The notes under the pieces were generated by a model that was not told the DNA's origin, did no database searches, and saw only the letters and a list, made by a program, of their open reading frames with translations. From an uncultured Clostridia bacterium (GTDB lineage Bacteria; Bacillota; Clostridia; Oscillospirales; CAG-272): a stretch of 64,000 nt of DNA. The DNA is taken from positions 67,307 through 131,306 of the forward strand of contig CALWJV010000016.1 of NCBI GenBank assembly GCA_944381115.1. Reading direction: 5' to 3'. Position 1 is the first letter of the stretch. Each line of letters begins with the position of its first letter. The translations under genes were made by a program, and so were the position numbers. This document shows, one piece after another, positions 49,446-59,752 of this stretch.

Positions 49446-50435
49446 TCAGATCGTGGCATCAATGACCGCTTTAATAGTATGCATCCTGTTTTCCGCTTCA
49501 TCAAATACAACAGATGCGGGACTTTCAAATACCTCGTCCGTTACCTCCATTTCGGTACGCTCAAATTTTTCTCCCATCTCTTTGCCAATATATGTATTCA
49601 TATCGTGAAATGCCGGCAGACAATGCATAAATATGGTACTGTCCTTTCCGGTCATATTCATAAGATTTTTATTTACCTGGTATTTTTCAAGGTCTTTAAT
49701 ACGCTCTTCCCATACCTCTGAAGACTCACCCATGGATACCCAAACATCAGTATATATTACATCGGCATTTTTTACCGCTTCTTTCGGATCTTCTGAGAAT
49801 GTAAGGACCGCTCCGGATACTTTTGCATATTCTTTACAAAGTTTTATAAGTTCCGGATCAGGGAAATATTTTTCAGGTGCACAGGCAGTAAAATCAAGTC
49901 CCATCTTGGCGCAACCCACCATAAGCGAGTTTCCCATATTATATCTTGCATCACCCATGTATACCAATTTTATCCCTTTTAAGCACCCGAATTTTTCTTT
50001 GACAGTAAGTAAATCAGCAAGAACCTGTGTCGGATGAAATTCGTTTGTAAGTCCGTTCCATACCGGCACTCCGGCATATTTTGCAAGTTCTTCAACAATT
50101 CGCTGTCCGAATCCGCGATATTCTATACCGTCATATATTCTTCCGAGCACTCTTGCTGTATCGGCAATACTTTCTTTTTTCCCAATCTGAGAACCGCTGG
50201 AATCAAGATATGTAACCTGTATACCAAGATCGTGAGCCGCAACCTCAAAACTGCAACGTGTACGTGTACTTGTTTTTTCAAAAATAAGAGCAATATTTTT
50301 CCCCTTGTGCTTTTCCGTAAGAAAAATACCTTTTTTCTTTTTTTCTTTATGTTCGGCGGCAAGGTCTATTAAATATCCGATCTCTTCCGGAGTATAATCT
50401 ATAAGTTTTAAAAAATTTCTTCCTCTCAAGTCCAT
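49446..50435 (-). CDS. argF: ornithine carbamoyltransferase
   Basis: Carbamoyl-phosphate motif [13 protein letters not shown], and the ornithine-site motif HCLPAFH. Confidence 0.88.
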   Translation of the reverse strand: MDLRGRNFLKLIDYTPEEIGYLIDLAAEHKEKKKKGIFLTEKHKGKNIALIFEKTSTRTRCSFEVAAHDLGIQVTYLDSSGSQIGKKESIADTARVLGRIYDGIEYRGFGQRIVEELAKYAGVPVWNGLTNEFHPTQVLADLLTVKEKFGCLKGIKLVYMGDARYNMGNSLMVGCAKMGLDFTACAPEKYFPDPELIKLCKEYAKVSGAVLTFSEDPKEAVKNADVIYTDVWVSMGESSEVWEERIKDLEKYQVNKNLMNMTGKDSTIFMHCLPAFHDMNTYIGKEMGEKFERTEMEVTDEVFESPASVVFDEAENRMHTIKAVIDATI

Positions 50436-50573
50436 CTTAAAAAATCCCTTTCTTTAAGTTTCTTTTACTAATTTTCTTCCTTACGTTCCTCAATAAAATA
50501 TTTTATTCCCCGGTTTATTAAATAAACAAATGCCATGTATTTTAAAGATTTTTAATACACCGATATCACCTGT

Positions 50574-52031
50574 TTATCCCTGTCTTTTCCATGCATGTCT
50601 GTTGAAAAGGACAAGCACCGGAAATATCTCAAGACGCCCTGCAAGCATGTCAAATATCAGTACACATTTGGAAAGTACACTGTATCCTGCAAAATTGCTC
50701 ATCGGTCCTACTACATCAAGCCCCGGACCTATATTATTAAAGCAGGAAAGAACTGCGGAAAGATTCGTCTCTATTGAAAAACCGTCAAATGATATCAAAA
50801 TAACACTCAGTATAAGTATCACCATATAAACAGCAAGGTAAGCGTTTGTATTTGAAATGATTTTTTCATCAACTGTTTTTCCGTTTATACGTATTGTCTG
50901 CACCTTTTTCGGATGAAGGACCTGGTTTATATTTCTTTTGATAGTCTTTATAATCAACAGTACGCGCGCGCATTTCATTCCCCCTCCTGTACTTCCCGCA
51001 CAAGCTCCTATAAACATAAGAACAAGAAGCAGTGTCCTGGAGAATACCGGCCAATTCACAAAGTCTGCTGTTACAAACCCGGTAGTGGTTATAATACTCG
51101 AAACCTGAAAAAACGAATGGTGTAACGATTCTCCGAGAGTTTCGTATATACCGTATATATTGATTGTGATCAGTACAACACTTACAAATACCACTCCGAA
51201 ATAAAATCGAAGTTCCTCATCTTTAAATACAGATTTTATCCGTTTCAGTAAAATAAGGTAATAACAACTGAAATTAACCCCAAACAGCAACATAAAAACT
51301 GCTGTTACCGTCTGAATATAAGAACTGTAACTTGCCATGCTGTCGGATTTTACTCCAAATCCACCAGTTCCGGCAGTCCCGAAAGAAGTACAGACTGCAT
51401 CAAAAACGGGCATTCCCCCGGCAATCAAAAAAAGAAAATCAAGCACAGTAAGGACAATATATACAGAATAAAGGATCAATGCGGTCTGACGCATTTTAGG
51501 TACGAGTTTGCCAACGTCCGGACCGGGACTTTCCGCTCTTAAAATGTGCATAGTATAACCTTCGCTTTTTCCGCTGACCGGAACAATCGCAAGAAGAAAA
51601 ACAAGCACTCCCATGCCGCCAAGCCAATGGCTGAAACTTCTCCAATAAAGCATACCTTTGGACATCGCTTCGACATCTATAAGAATAGATGCACCGGTAG
51701 TGGTAAATCCGGAAACTATTTCAAAAAGAGCGTCTATAAAATTTGGTATATATTTTGAAAAAAAGAATGGTAACGCACCGACAAAACTAAGTAATATCCA
51801 ACTTGTACCGACGCATATAAGACCTTCTTTTGCAAAAAAATCAGGTTTTGCATTCCTTGAAAAAACAGCAAGTATACAGGCAATCCCTACCGCAGCGGCG
51901 ATCCCCGCAATAAACCCGTTTATGCCTGCCGTATCCCCGCATACAATACAAATAACCAGCGCCGGGAGCATAAATACGGCTTCAATTGTAAGTATCAGGG
52001 CGTTAAAACGCCCCATCATTTTGTAGTTCAT
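50574..52031 (-). CDS. trkH: TrkH/KtrB family potassium transporter subunit
   Basis: 485-aa polytopic protein with repeated pore-loop glycine motifs (TTTGAS, GTAGTGG, TTTGF, NIGPG). Downstream of trkA. Confidence 0.88.
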   Translation of the reverse strand: MNYKMMGRFNALILTIEAVFMLPALVICIVCGDTAGINGFIAGIAAAVGIACILAVFSRNAKPDFFAKEGLICVGTSWILLSFVGALPFFFSKYIPNFIDALFEIVSGFTTTGASILIDVEAMSKGMLYWRSFSHWLGGMGVLVFLLAIVPVSGKSEGYTMHILRAESPGPDVGKLVPKMRQTALILYSVYIVLTVLDFLFLIAGGMPVFDAVCTSFGTAGTGGFGVKSDSMASYSSYIQTVTAVFMLLFGVNFSCYYLILLKRIKSVFKDEELRFYFGVVFVSVVLITINIYGIYETLGESLHHSFFQVSSIITTTGFVTADFVNWPVFSRTLLLVLMFIGACAGSTGGGMKCARVLLIIKTIKRNINQVLHPKKVQTIRINGKTVDEKIISNTNAYLAVYMVILILSVILISFDGFSIETNLSAVLSCFNNIGPGLDVVGPMSNFAGYSVLSKCVLIFDMLAGRLEIFPVLVLFNRHAWKRQG

Positions 52032-52049
52032 CGCATCTCCTTTGCTTAA

Positions 52050-53408
52050 TTACTCAAAGATATCATTAAGTTGGAGAATAACATTGTCTCCGCTTGATAC
52101 TATAACAACGGAATCGCCTTCATTAAATGTAGAATCGCCATCCGGCATCTCTGTAACATCGCCTCTTGTTATGCATACAATAAGTATATTTTTACGTAAT
52201 TTATTCTTTTTAAGCGGTATTCCGCAGTTAAGTGTATTTTTGTCTACAAGAAATTCAATCGCTTCTGCCTGACCGTCCGCTATTGAATGAATGGTTACGG
52301 CTGCTCCGGTTTGGTTTCTCATGGTACGCACATACCTTACTATTGTGTTACAGCAAAGTCTGTGTGGGCTGATAACGCTTCCTATTGGAAGGCTGTCGAT
52401 TATATTGCTGTTTTCAAAGTTTGTCAATTTTGTTACAGTCAGAGGTATCCCGCAATTGCTCCCGTAAAGAGATATTATCATGTTGAGTTCGTCGTTACCG
52501 GTAAGAGTTACCAAAGCATCTGCTTCATTTATCCCTTCGCTTTCAAGCACCTGCTGATTACTTGCATCACCGTGTATAATACTTGCCTTAGGAAGTTGCT
52601 CTGAGAGTTTTATACAACGTCCGTAATCACTGTCTATTATTCTGACATTGATCTTACTTTTTTCAAGCAGACATGCAAGATAGTAACTTACCATTCCACC
52701 GCCCGCAATCATTACATCTTTAATTTTATGAGTAACTATGCCCAGATTTTTAAGAAGGTCCGAAAGGGCATCTGTCGGAGCTGTAACATAAATTTTATCC
52801 CCTGCTTTAAGTTCAAAATTGCCGTCCGGAGCAATTACCTTTCTGTTACGTAAAACCGCACAAACAAGGACTTTACACTTTACGATACCGTTCATATCCT
52901 TAAGCGGAACATTGCAAAGTTTGCTTCCTTCCTCTATTTTCAATTCAACGATCTCGACTCTTCCTTTTGCAAATGAGTCTATTTTCAAAAATCCGGGGTA
53001 CTTTATAAGTCTTTCTATCTCTTTTGCAGCCTGTTTTTCCGGGTTAAACGCAAGTGAAAGACCAAAAGCGTCCTTCATAATGTATGCTTGTTTGGCATAC
53101 TCAGGGTCTCTTATTCGGGCTATAGTATGAATTTTAGGATTCATCGCACGGGCGGTCATACAGCATAGAAGATTAAGTTCATCCGTTCCGGTCGTAGCGA
53201 TAAGAAGATCTGTATTTTTTACCCCGGCACTCAAAAGAGTTTCCATAGATGCACAGTTTCCCTGAAATGCCATAACATCGAATTTTTCAAGACTGCTTTG
53301 TAAAACGGACGGTTGTGAGTCTATTATTGTAAGATCATATCCTTCGGCTGAAAGAAGTTTTGCCAAAGTTTGTCCGACTTTTCCGTTACCTGCAATAATA
53401 ATCTTCAT
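52050..53408 (-). CDS. trkA: Trk system potassium uptake protein TrkA
   Basis: Two tandem RCK modules with Rossmann motifs IIAGNGKVG and MIAGGGMVS plus RCK_C domains. Confidence 0.9.
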   Translation of the reverse strand: MKIIIAGNGKVGQTLAKLLSAEGYDLTIIDSQPSVLQSSLEKFDVMAFQGNCASMETLLSAGVKNTDLLIATTGTDELNLLCCMTARAMNPKIHTIARIRDPEYAKQAYIMKDAFGLSLAFNPEKQAAKEIERLIKYPGFLKIDSFAKGRVEIVELKIEEGSKLCNVPLKDMNGIVKCKVLVCAVLRNRKVIAPDGNFELKAGDKIYVTAPTDALSDLLKNLGIVTHKIKDVMIAGGGMVSYYLACLLEKSKINVRIIDSDYGRCIKLSEQLPKASIIHGDASNQQVLESEGINEADALVTLTGNDELNMIISLYGSNCGIPLTVTKLTNFENSNIIDSLPIGSVISPHRLCCNTIVRYVRTMRNQTGAAVTIHSIADGQAEAIEFLVDKNTLNCGIPLKKNKLRKNILIVCITRGDVTEMPDGDSTFNEGDSVVIVSSGDNVILQLNDIFE

Positions 53409-53642
53409 TATATTTTTTGTCCTTCATATTATTTTACTTAAATGTTATTTACGCAAAAATTATTTTCATTTTTTCTTATAAAATCGAAACAGTCAAAACA
53501 CCGGCTTATGCGGTATTTTATCCGCTAGTGTTTTAATATTTTTTTAAAATTTTACAATCAGCATCTATCTTCAAATTATACTTGACTTTTACATTATATA
53601 AAAAATATGTATTATATTTTTTATTAGTACCGCCGTCAGGGA

Positions 53643-54542
53643 TCACTCTATTATCTTATTGATAATATCTTCATAATATGAATTACCGTATTTTTTTACA
53701 ACAAATTTATGCTGTCCTCCTTCAAAGATATCGAAATGATTTATCCCGGTATCCTCTTCAAGAGATGCCTTTCCGCTTACCGTATCAAATCCGGCTTTTT
53801 CTTCGTCTCCTATGCATGCAGTGTAAACAAGGAGCGGGTCCCAAGAGGAGCGTCCGTTTTCAAAACCTATACTTTTCAATACTGAATAAAGCAGATCATC
53901 TTTTTTCAGCGTACCTCCGGTTATGACCTTATTCGCTACCTCCCAGCCGAGAAATGTGACCGGAGTAGGCCAAAGGTCACAGACGATCCTGCCGGCAGTT
54001 CTTGAACGCTGATTATTTTCAAAATTATGCTCTTTTCCGTTTTCAAGGTCGTCCCATTTACCTGCCATTATCCAAAGTTTACCTACTTTTTCTTTTACGA
54101 GTTCAATACCCGAAAGCTCGGAGTATTCATCTCCAACAGAACAAAGAAGACCGGAAAGAATCTGCGGAAACCCTATTTCTATTATATCTACTTTTTCATT
54201 TGACCTGGAAAGGAGCTTTCTGTACAACTTTACTGCGTTTTCACAATCTCTGTTCTGACGGTGCTTTCCCGAAAGAGCGGCAAGCGGATACTGCAATACC
54301 GGTTTTCCTTTAAAATCCGTTGCATAAATATCTATTCCGAGCGGAATACCGTCGTATCCTTCATTTTGTAAAAAGGCGTCCACTGCCGGAGCGGAAACTT
54401 CCATACATGCATTTATCCCTACACCTAAAAGACGGACATACCCCGCCTTCTCCATTCGTGCAAGTAGACGGATCGCGACAGCATCGTCACAGTCTGTCCA
54501 GAAATCCGTTCCGAGGATAACGGGTACTGCTTTTTCGATCAT
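53643..54542 (-). CDS. nucleoside hydrolase-like protein
   Basis: N-terminal Asp cluster ILGTDFWTDCDDAVA resembles the DxDxxxDD motif of the inosine-uridine nucleoside hydrolase fold. The rest was not checked against a profile. Confidence 0.5.
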   Translation of the reverse strand: MIEKAVPVILGTDFWTDCDDAVAIRLLARMEKAGYVRLLGVGINACMEVSAPAVDAFLQNEGYDGIPLGIDIYATDFKGKPVLQYPLAALSGKHRQNRDCENAVKLYRKLLSRSNEKVDIIEIGFPQILSGLLCSVGDEYSELSGIELVKEKVGKLWIMAGKWDDLENGKEHNFENNQRSRTAGRIVCDLWPTPVTFLGWEVANKVITGGTLKKDDLLYSVLKSIGFENGRSSWDPLLVYTACIGDEEKAGFDTVSGKASLEEDTGINHFDIFEGGQHKFVVKKYGNSYYEDIINKIIE

Positions 54543-54700
54543 ATTATTTCTCCTGTTTGCGGTCTTACGGCTGTAAAATATTTTCGCCTGTTGCCCGCCG
54601 CCATAAAATTTATTTTAAAGATCAGTCTTTTTTTTATTCAAAATCAAATAAAACAGTTAACTTGCGTAAAATTTTTTATGACAAATCCACCTACTTTATT

Positions 54701-55576
54701 TTAATTCAATTTGTCAACAATAAATGTAACGGCTTCGTCTAAAACATCCGTCTCAACAGTTTCAATCGTTCCCGCATCGCAAAGTTCTGCAATTTTCGGG
54801 TCAATCGGAAGTTTTGCCAAAACAGGAATATTAAATCTTTTTGCTGTTTTTTCAACGTGAGATTTTCCAAAAACTTCTATTTTTTCATTACAGTGTGGAC
54901 AGTTAAGATAACTGTAATTTTCAATGATACCAAGTATCGGAACATTCATCATCCTTGCCATATTTACCGCTTTTTCCACTATCATGGAAACAAGGTCCTG
55001 AGGAGATGTTACAATAATTATTCCGTCAAGCGGTACGGACTGAAGTACGGTAAGAGGTACATCTCCTGTTCCGGGCGGCATATCCACATACATAAAGTCT
55101 ACGTCTCCCCAAACAACCTCGCTCCAGAACTGTTTGACCGTTCCTGCAACAATAGGTCCTCTCCATATGACAGGAGCACTTTCGTCCTGAAGGAGCATAT
55201 TTATACTTATTGCGTTAATCCCCGTTATTGTGGATCTTGGAATGATACCGTCTTCGCAGCCTGTAAGATCTCCCTTGAGTCCGAACATTTTAGGAATAGA
55301 CGGTCCTGTTATATCCGCATCTAGAATTGCGGTATTAAAACCCAGTCTACGCGTTAAAACCGCAAGCAGCGCTGTAACTGAGGACTTTCCGACACCGCCT
55401 TTTCCGCTTACGATCCCGATAACATGCTTGATGTCGCTTGCCCTGTTTTGCGGCACCAAAAGACTTTCCGGTTCTCTTGAGGAACAATTTGCAGAGCATG
55501 TAGAGCAATCATGTATACACTCTGCGGCTTCTTCTGTTCCTTTAATATCTTCATTTTCCGTTTTTTCGTTTGCCAT
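54701..55576 (-). CDS. mrp: Mrp/NBP35 family Fe-S cluster carrier ATPase
   Basis: Deviant Walker A SGKGGVGKSS, ParA/MinD fold, CPHC motif. Cys-rich N-terminus CIHDCSTCSANC. Confidence 0.88.
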   Translation of the reverse strand: MANEKTENEDIKGTEEAAECIHDCSTCSANCSSREPESLLVPQNRASDIKHVIGIVSGKGGVGKSSVTALLAVLTRRLGFNTAILDADITGPSIPKMFGLKGDLTGCEDGIIPRSTITGINAISINMLLQDESAPVIWRGPIVAGTVKQFWSEVVWGDVDFMYVDMPPGTGDVPLTVLQSVPLDGIIIVTSPQDLVSMIVEKAVNMARMMNVPILGIIENYSYLNCPHCNEKIEVFGKSHVEKTAKRFNIPVLAKLPIDPKIAELCDAGTIETVETDVLDEAVTFIVDKLN

Positions 55577-55621
55577 TGAAGTTAACTTCCTTTCAAGTTA
55601 TTATACTTTTTAATTTTTTTT

Positions 55622-55650
55622 ATTATAATACAAAACGGGATTTTTTTCAA
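55622..55650 (-). promoter_or_regulatory. sigma-A type promoter for mrp (TTGAAA, 17-nt spacer, TATAAT)
   Basis: Read on the minus strand: TTGAAA (55650-55645), 17-nt spacer, TATAAT (55627-55622). Confidence 0.5.
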
Positions 55651-55799
55651 CCGCTTTCCTGAAAAATATTTATCAGGTTTCAATTTTTTTGTTTTACCCT
55701 GTTTAAAAACTCAAAAACCGAATTTGACTTCATATTCACCTTCACGTGTCTGATATCATTTTATAAAAATTGTTTCTTCAGTTTCCGTAATTTATGACT

Positions 55800-58700
55800 C
55801 TATTTTACAACAACATTTTCATCCCCAAGTATTTTTTTTAATTCATTTATAACAAAAGGGGTAGCATCAAGACCGAGACTAAAATTAAGATAACGTTTAC
55901 TTTTTGTCTCATAAAATATTACAGGCACCGTTCCATCAAATATCTCTATCAGGTTAACGGCTTTTTTGGCCTCTTTCGAATCAGTGCCCGTTACCCTTAA
56001 AAATATCTTTGCCGGCTTGTTAAGATATGGTTTTACCCCGCTATCCTGAGAAATTCCTATGCTTTGATTTTTTTGATCTACGTCTTTCGTTACATCGCTG
56101 CTTCGAAATTTTGCATTTCCTTCTTGCATAAAATTTCCGCTTTCCGCTTTTGTATATCTTACGGATCCACCTTCGATATTCGGAATACTTTGTGTTTGCA
56201 TATATTCGATATCTGTATTTTTTCCCATGAAAAATTTGTTATACTGTTTTTTTTCCGCTTCAATAAGATCCGCAAAAGGCGAAGGGCGGGACGTATATCT
56301 TCCGTTAGAACGCAAAGACGCCGCCGAGCGCAGTATAATTTTAGGTGCTTCTTCCTCCCTTACACTTATCTCTCCGTAAACCGCAATGACCGCATCCGGT
56401 ACAAGAAGTCCGGAAAATTCCGCAAAAAGTTTGGGAAATACTATTACTTCTATCTCCGCACTCCTGTCCTCAAGTGTTATAAATGCCATCTGATCTCCTG
56501 AGCGAGTGGTCTTTATATTTCTTCCTGTAATAAGACCTATAACAGTTACGCATTGCTTTTCCGAAAATTCAAATTCTTCGTTTCCTTCCTCAAAGCAACT
56601 TATTATTGAAGATATGCGTACAGGGTTTATATCCTTTTCGTTTTCGGAGTATTCATCGGTTATATGTCCGGAAAAATACATACCCGACGCCTCCTTTTCA
56701 AGGCTGAGAAGCACTCTCAGAGGAAACTCGGGTATATCCGAAAACTCGGTCTTCGGCTCCGAAACGGTTCCTTCCGCGTTTCCGGAAAAGAGGTTCATCT
56801 GTCCGCTTACCGTTTCGCGTTTTCTGTCAAAAATCTTTGTTATTATCTCGTCGCATTTTTCAAGCAGGCGGCTTCTGTATATCCCCATTTCATCGAAAGC
56901 GCCCGCCTTTATAAGCATTTCGATCTGCTTTCGGCTCATGTCTCTGCCGTACATGCGCTCGATAAAATCAACAAAGTTTTTAAAAAAACCATGCCTGTTA
57001 CGTTCTTCGATAAGTCTGCTGACAAAACCTATTCCGACGTTTTTAAGTGCGGAAAGACCGTATCTTATATTCTTTCCGTCCGACGAAAAGTTTATGTCAC
57101 TTTCGTTTACCGATGGCGGGAGTATCCTTATCCCGAGACGGGACGCCTCTGACATGTATTCAAAAAGTTTTCCCCTGTTATTGAGTTCGCTTGTCATAAG
57201 CGAAGCCAAAAATTCAGCCGGATAATGTGCTTTCAGGTATGCCGTTCTGTAAGCAAGCACCGAGTACGCCGCAGCGTGGCTTTTGTTGAATGCATATCCC
57301 GCAAAACCAACTATTTCATCAAAAAGTTCGGCCGCCTTTTCTTTGTCAAGCGCGTTATTCTCGCAACCACTGAGAAAATCCTCTCTCTGCTTTGCTATTA
57401 CCTCTGGCTTTTTCTTTGATATCGCCTTTCGTACAATATCCGCTTTACCCAAAGAATATGAAGCAAGTGTTCTGAAAATTTGCATGACCTGCTCCTGATA
57501 TACCACGCATCCGTATGTTTCGTCAAGTATATCCGCAAGTTGCGGAAAGACGTAATCCTTTTTACCCGTTCTCCTGTTTTCAATAAGACGGGGTATCGAT
57601 TCCATCGGTCCCGGACGGTACATGGATATCGCTATCATAATATCGTCCATGCCTTCAGGTCTGAACGTTGTGAGCATTTGCTTCATTCCGTTTGATTCAA
57701 GTTGGAAAACACCGGTCGTCTGACCTGCTTTGAGCATTTCGAAAACGGCAGGGTCGTTTTCCGGGGCATGTTCAACGGAGAATCCCGGCTCCTTTTTCTT
57801 TATCATTTTTTCAGTATCGGAGATAACGGTAAGATACCGAAGCCCGAGAAAATCAAATTTGAGAAGACCGAGTTCCGCAACGGTATCCATATCATACTGC
57901 GTGACCTGAACATCTCCGCTGACCGCAAGAGGTACATACTCATATACCGGTCTGTCGCTTATAACAACGCCCGCGGCATGGGTAGAGGCGTGTCTCGGCA
58001 TACCTTCTATCGCCTTTGCGGCAGATATCAGCCTGCGAATATCATTTGATCCTTCGGCAAGCGCGATTATCTCTTTGCTCTTCTCAGCTTCCGCGAGCGT
58101 TATACCGAATTTTTTCGGCATGGCTTTTATGACACTGTCCCCTTCGGCGTACGACAGCCCCATGGCTCTTGCGGCGTCACGTATAGCCGCTTTTGCCGCC
58201 ATAGTACCGAAAGTTATTATCTGCGTAACTCTTTCGTTTCCGTATTTTGAGGCAACATATTTTATAACTTCTTCTCGGCGTATATAACAGAAATCTATAT
58301 CAAAATCGGGCATGCTGACACGTTCGGGGTTCAGAAAACGCTCGAAGATCAGACCGTACCTCAGCGGGTTTACGTCTGTGATCTTCAAAAGGTAGGCGAT
58401 AAGACTTCCCGCCCCCGATCCTCTTCCAGGTCCAACGGCTATGCCTTTGCTTTTTGCGTAACCGACAAAATCCTGTACTATAAGATAATACTCGGCATAT
58501 CCCATGGAGATTATTACCGAAAGTTCGTATTCCATACGCTCACGATATTTTGATCCGGGGTTTTCCGCAGTATAAACTATATCGCCTTTTTCAAGTCTGT
58601 CTTCCAGTCCCCGCTCCGCAAGCGACCGCAAATATTCCCCAGGGTCACGACCTTCGGGCGTCTCAAATGCGGGAAGGTAGTATTTCCCAAAGGTAAAATC

Positions 58701-59522
58701 AAAATTGCACTGCTCGGCAATTTTGACCGTGTTTTCAACTGCACCGGGAAAATCTTTAAAAAGTTCCGTCATTTCTTCGGTACTTTTATAATAAAATTCG
58801 TTGGTCTCAAAACCGACGGGTCTTCCCTCAGTTATTTTTTTATTAACCTGTATGCACATCATTATCGCTTGGGTTTCGGCGTCTGCACGGCGCAGATAAT
58901 GAACGTCATTCGTTGCAACAAGGGGTATTCCGGTACGCTCTGAAATGAGCCTAAGTACCGAATTTACCTTTATTTGCTCTTTTATGCCATGCTGTTGGAT
59001 CTCAAGGTAAAAATTACCCTCCCCGAAAATTTTTTCGAGTTCTCTTGCTTCTGATTCCGCTTCATCGGTACGTCCGGAAACGATCAACCTCGGAATTTTT
59101 CCGGCAAGGCAAGCGGAAAGTGCAATAAGCCCTTCGCTATGTTCACGAAGTAAGTTTTTATCCACACGCGGCTTAATGTAAAAGCCCTCGGTAAATGCCT
59201 TTGAGACCATTTTTATTAAATTTTTATAGCCAGTTTCGTTTTTACAAAGCAGAATCAAGTGTGCATTTTCTGAATCTTCGTTGTAAGTTTTGTCAAATCT
59301 TGTTCTCGGGGCAACATAGACTTCGCAACCGATTATCGGTTTAATTCCCTCTTTCTTACATGCTTTATAAAAATCCACGACGCCGTACATGACACCGTGG
59401 TCGGTTATTGCAACAGCAGTATGCCCTTCAGCCTTGGCTTTTTTCGGTATATCCGAAATTCTGCATGCGCCGTCAAGCAAACTGTACTCACTGTGCAGAT
59501 GAAGATGTACAAAATCTCTCAT
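55800..59522 (-). CDS. dnaE: DNA polymerase III subunit alpha
   Basis: 1240 aa. PHP domain HLHLHSEYSLLDG, polymerase palm/fingers (PDFDIDF), HhH region, OB fold near the C-terminus. Confidence 0.95.
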   Translation of the reverse strand: MRDFVHLHLHSEYSLLDGACRISDIPKKAKAEGHTAVAITDHGVMYGVVDFYKACKKEGIKPIIGCEVYVAPRTRFDKTYNEDSENAHLILLCKNETGYKNLIKMVSKAFTEGFYIKPRVDKNLLREHSEGLIALSACLAGKIPRLIVSGRTDEAESEARELEKIFGEGNFYLEIQQHGIKEQIKVNSVLRLISERTGIPLVATNDVHYLRRADAETQAIMMCIQVNKKITEGRPVGFETNEFYYKSTEEMTELFKDFPGAVENTVKIAEQCNFDFTFGKYYLPAFETPEGRDPGEYLRSLAERGLEDRLEKGDIVYTAENPGSKYRERMEYELSVIISMGYAEYYLIVQDFVGYAKSKGIAVGPGRGSGAGSLIAYLLKITDVNPLRYGLIFERFLNPERVSMPDFDIDFCYIRREEVIKYVASKYGNERVTQIITFGTMAAKAAIRDAARAMGLSYAEGDSVIKAMPKKFGITLAEAEKSKEIIALAEGSNDIRRLISAAKAIEGMPRHASTHAAGVVISDRPVYEYVPLAVSGDVQVTQYDMDTVAELGLLKFDFLGLRYLTVISDTEKMIKKKEPGFSVEHAPENDPAVFEMLKAGQTTGVFQLESNGMKQMLTTFRPEGMDDIMIAISMYRPGPMESIPRLIENRRTGKKDYVFPQLADILDETYGCVVYQEQVMQIFRTLASYSLGKADIVRKAISKKKPEVIAKQREDFLSGCENNALDKEKAAELFDEIVGFAGYAFNKSHAAAYSVLAYRTAYLKAHYPAEFLASLMTSELNNRGKLFEYMSEASRLGIRILPPSVNESDINFSSDGKNIRYGLSALKNVGIGFVSRLIEERNRHGFFKNFVDFIERMYGRDMSRKQIEMLIKAGAFDEMGIYRSRLLEKCDEIITKIFDRKRETVSGQMNLFSGNAEGTVSEPKTEFSDIPEFPLRVLLSLEKEASGMYFSGHITDEYSENEKDINPVRISSIISCFEEGNEEFEFSEKQCVTVIGLITGRNIKTTRSGDQMAFITLEDRSAEIEVIVFPKLFAEFSGLLVPDAVIAVYGEISVREEEAPKIILRSAASLRSNGRYTSRPSPFADLIEAEKKQYNKFFMGKNTDIEYMQTQSIPNIEGGSVRYTKAESGNFMQEGNAKFRSSDVTKDVDQKNQSIGISQDSGVKPYLNKPAKIFLRVTGTDSKEAKKAVNLIEIFDGTVPVIFYETKSKRYLNFSLGLDATPFVINELKKILGDENVVVK

Positions 59523-59752
59523 ACCGTTCTCCGCTTTCTGAAAAAATTACGGTAAAATTTATTTTAAGTATACATGCTCTTGCGTGTTCTTTATTATTTT
59601 TCCGTTTACCGAAAAAATGAGTCAGAAATCTTCAAAATTATGCGGATATTTTCAATTTTTTGAAAAACCGTTATAATTTAAAATTTCGCTTTAAAAAATA
59701 TGTTATCATTTTATAAAAAACGTAATAAATTTATTTGTTTTCATCTGTTTTT

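Noticed and set aside
53409-53642. Possible c-di-AMP (ydaO/kimA-type) riboswitch upstream of trkA.
   Set aside because: The region is very AT-rich and lacks the GC-rich conserved cores of that riboswitch class. The only hairpin (about 53497-53530) looks like the terminator of the upstream nucleoside-hydrolase-like gene.
55700-55760. 17-codon minus-strand micro-ORF (MKSNSVFEFLNRVKQKN) with a weak SD, upstream of the predicted mrp promoter (between dnaE and mrp).
   Set aside because: It is too short, has no conservation evidence and no recognisable leader-peptide logic. It is probably fortuitous.
55800-56300. About 165 residues of DnaE beyond the OB fold, considered as an unusual C-terminal extension.
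   Set aside because: DnaE proteins normally carry a tau/beta-interacting C-terminal domain after the OB fold. The length here (1240 aa in total) is within what I would expect for the family, so I have no basis for calling it novel.
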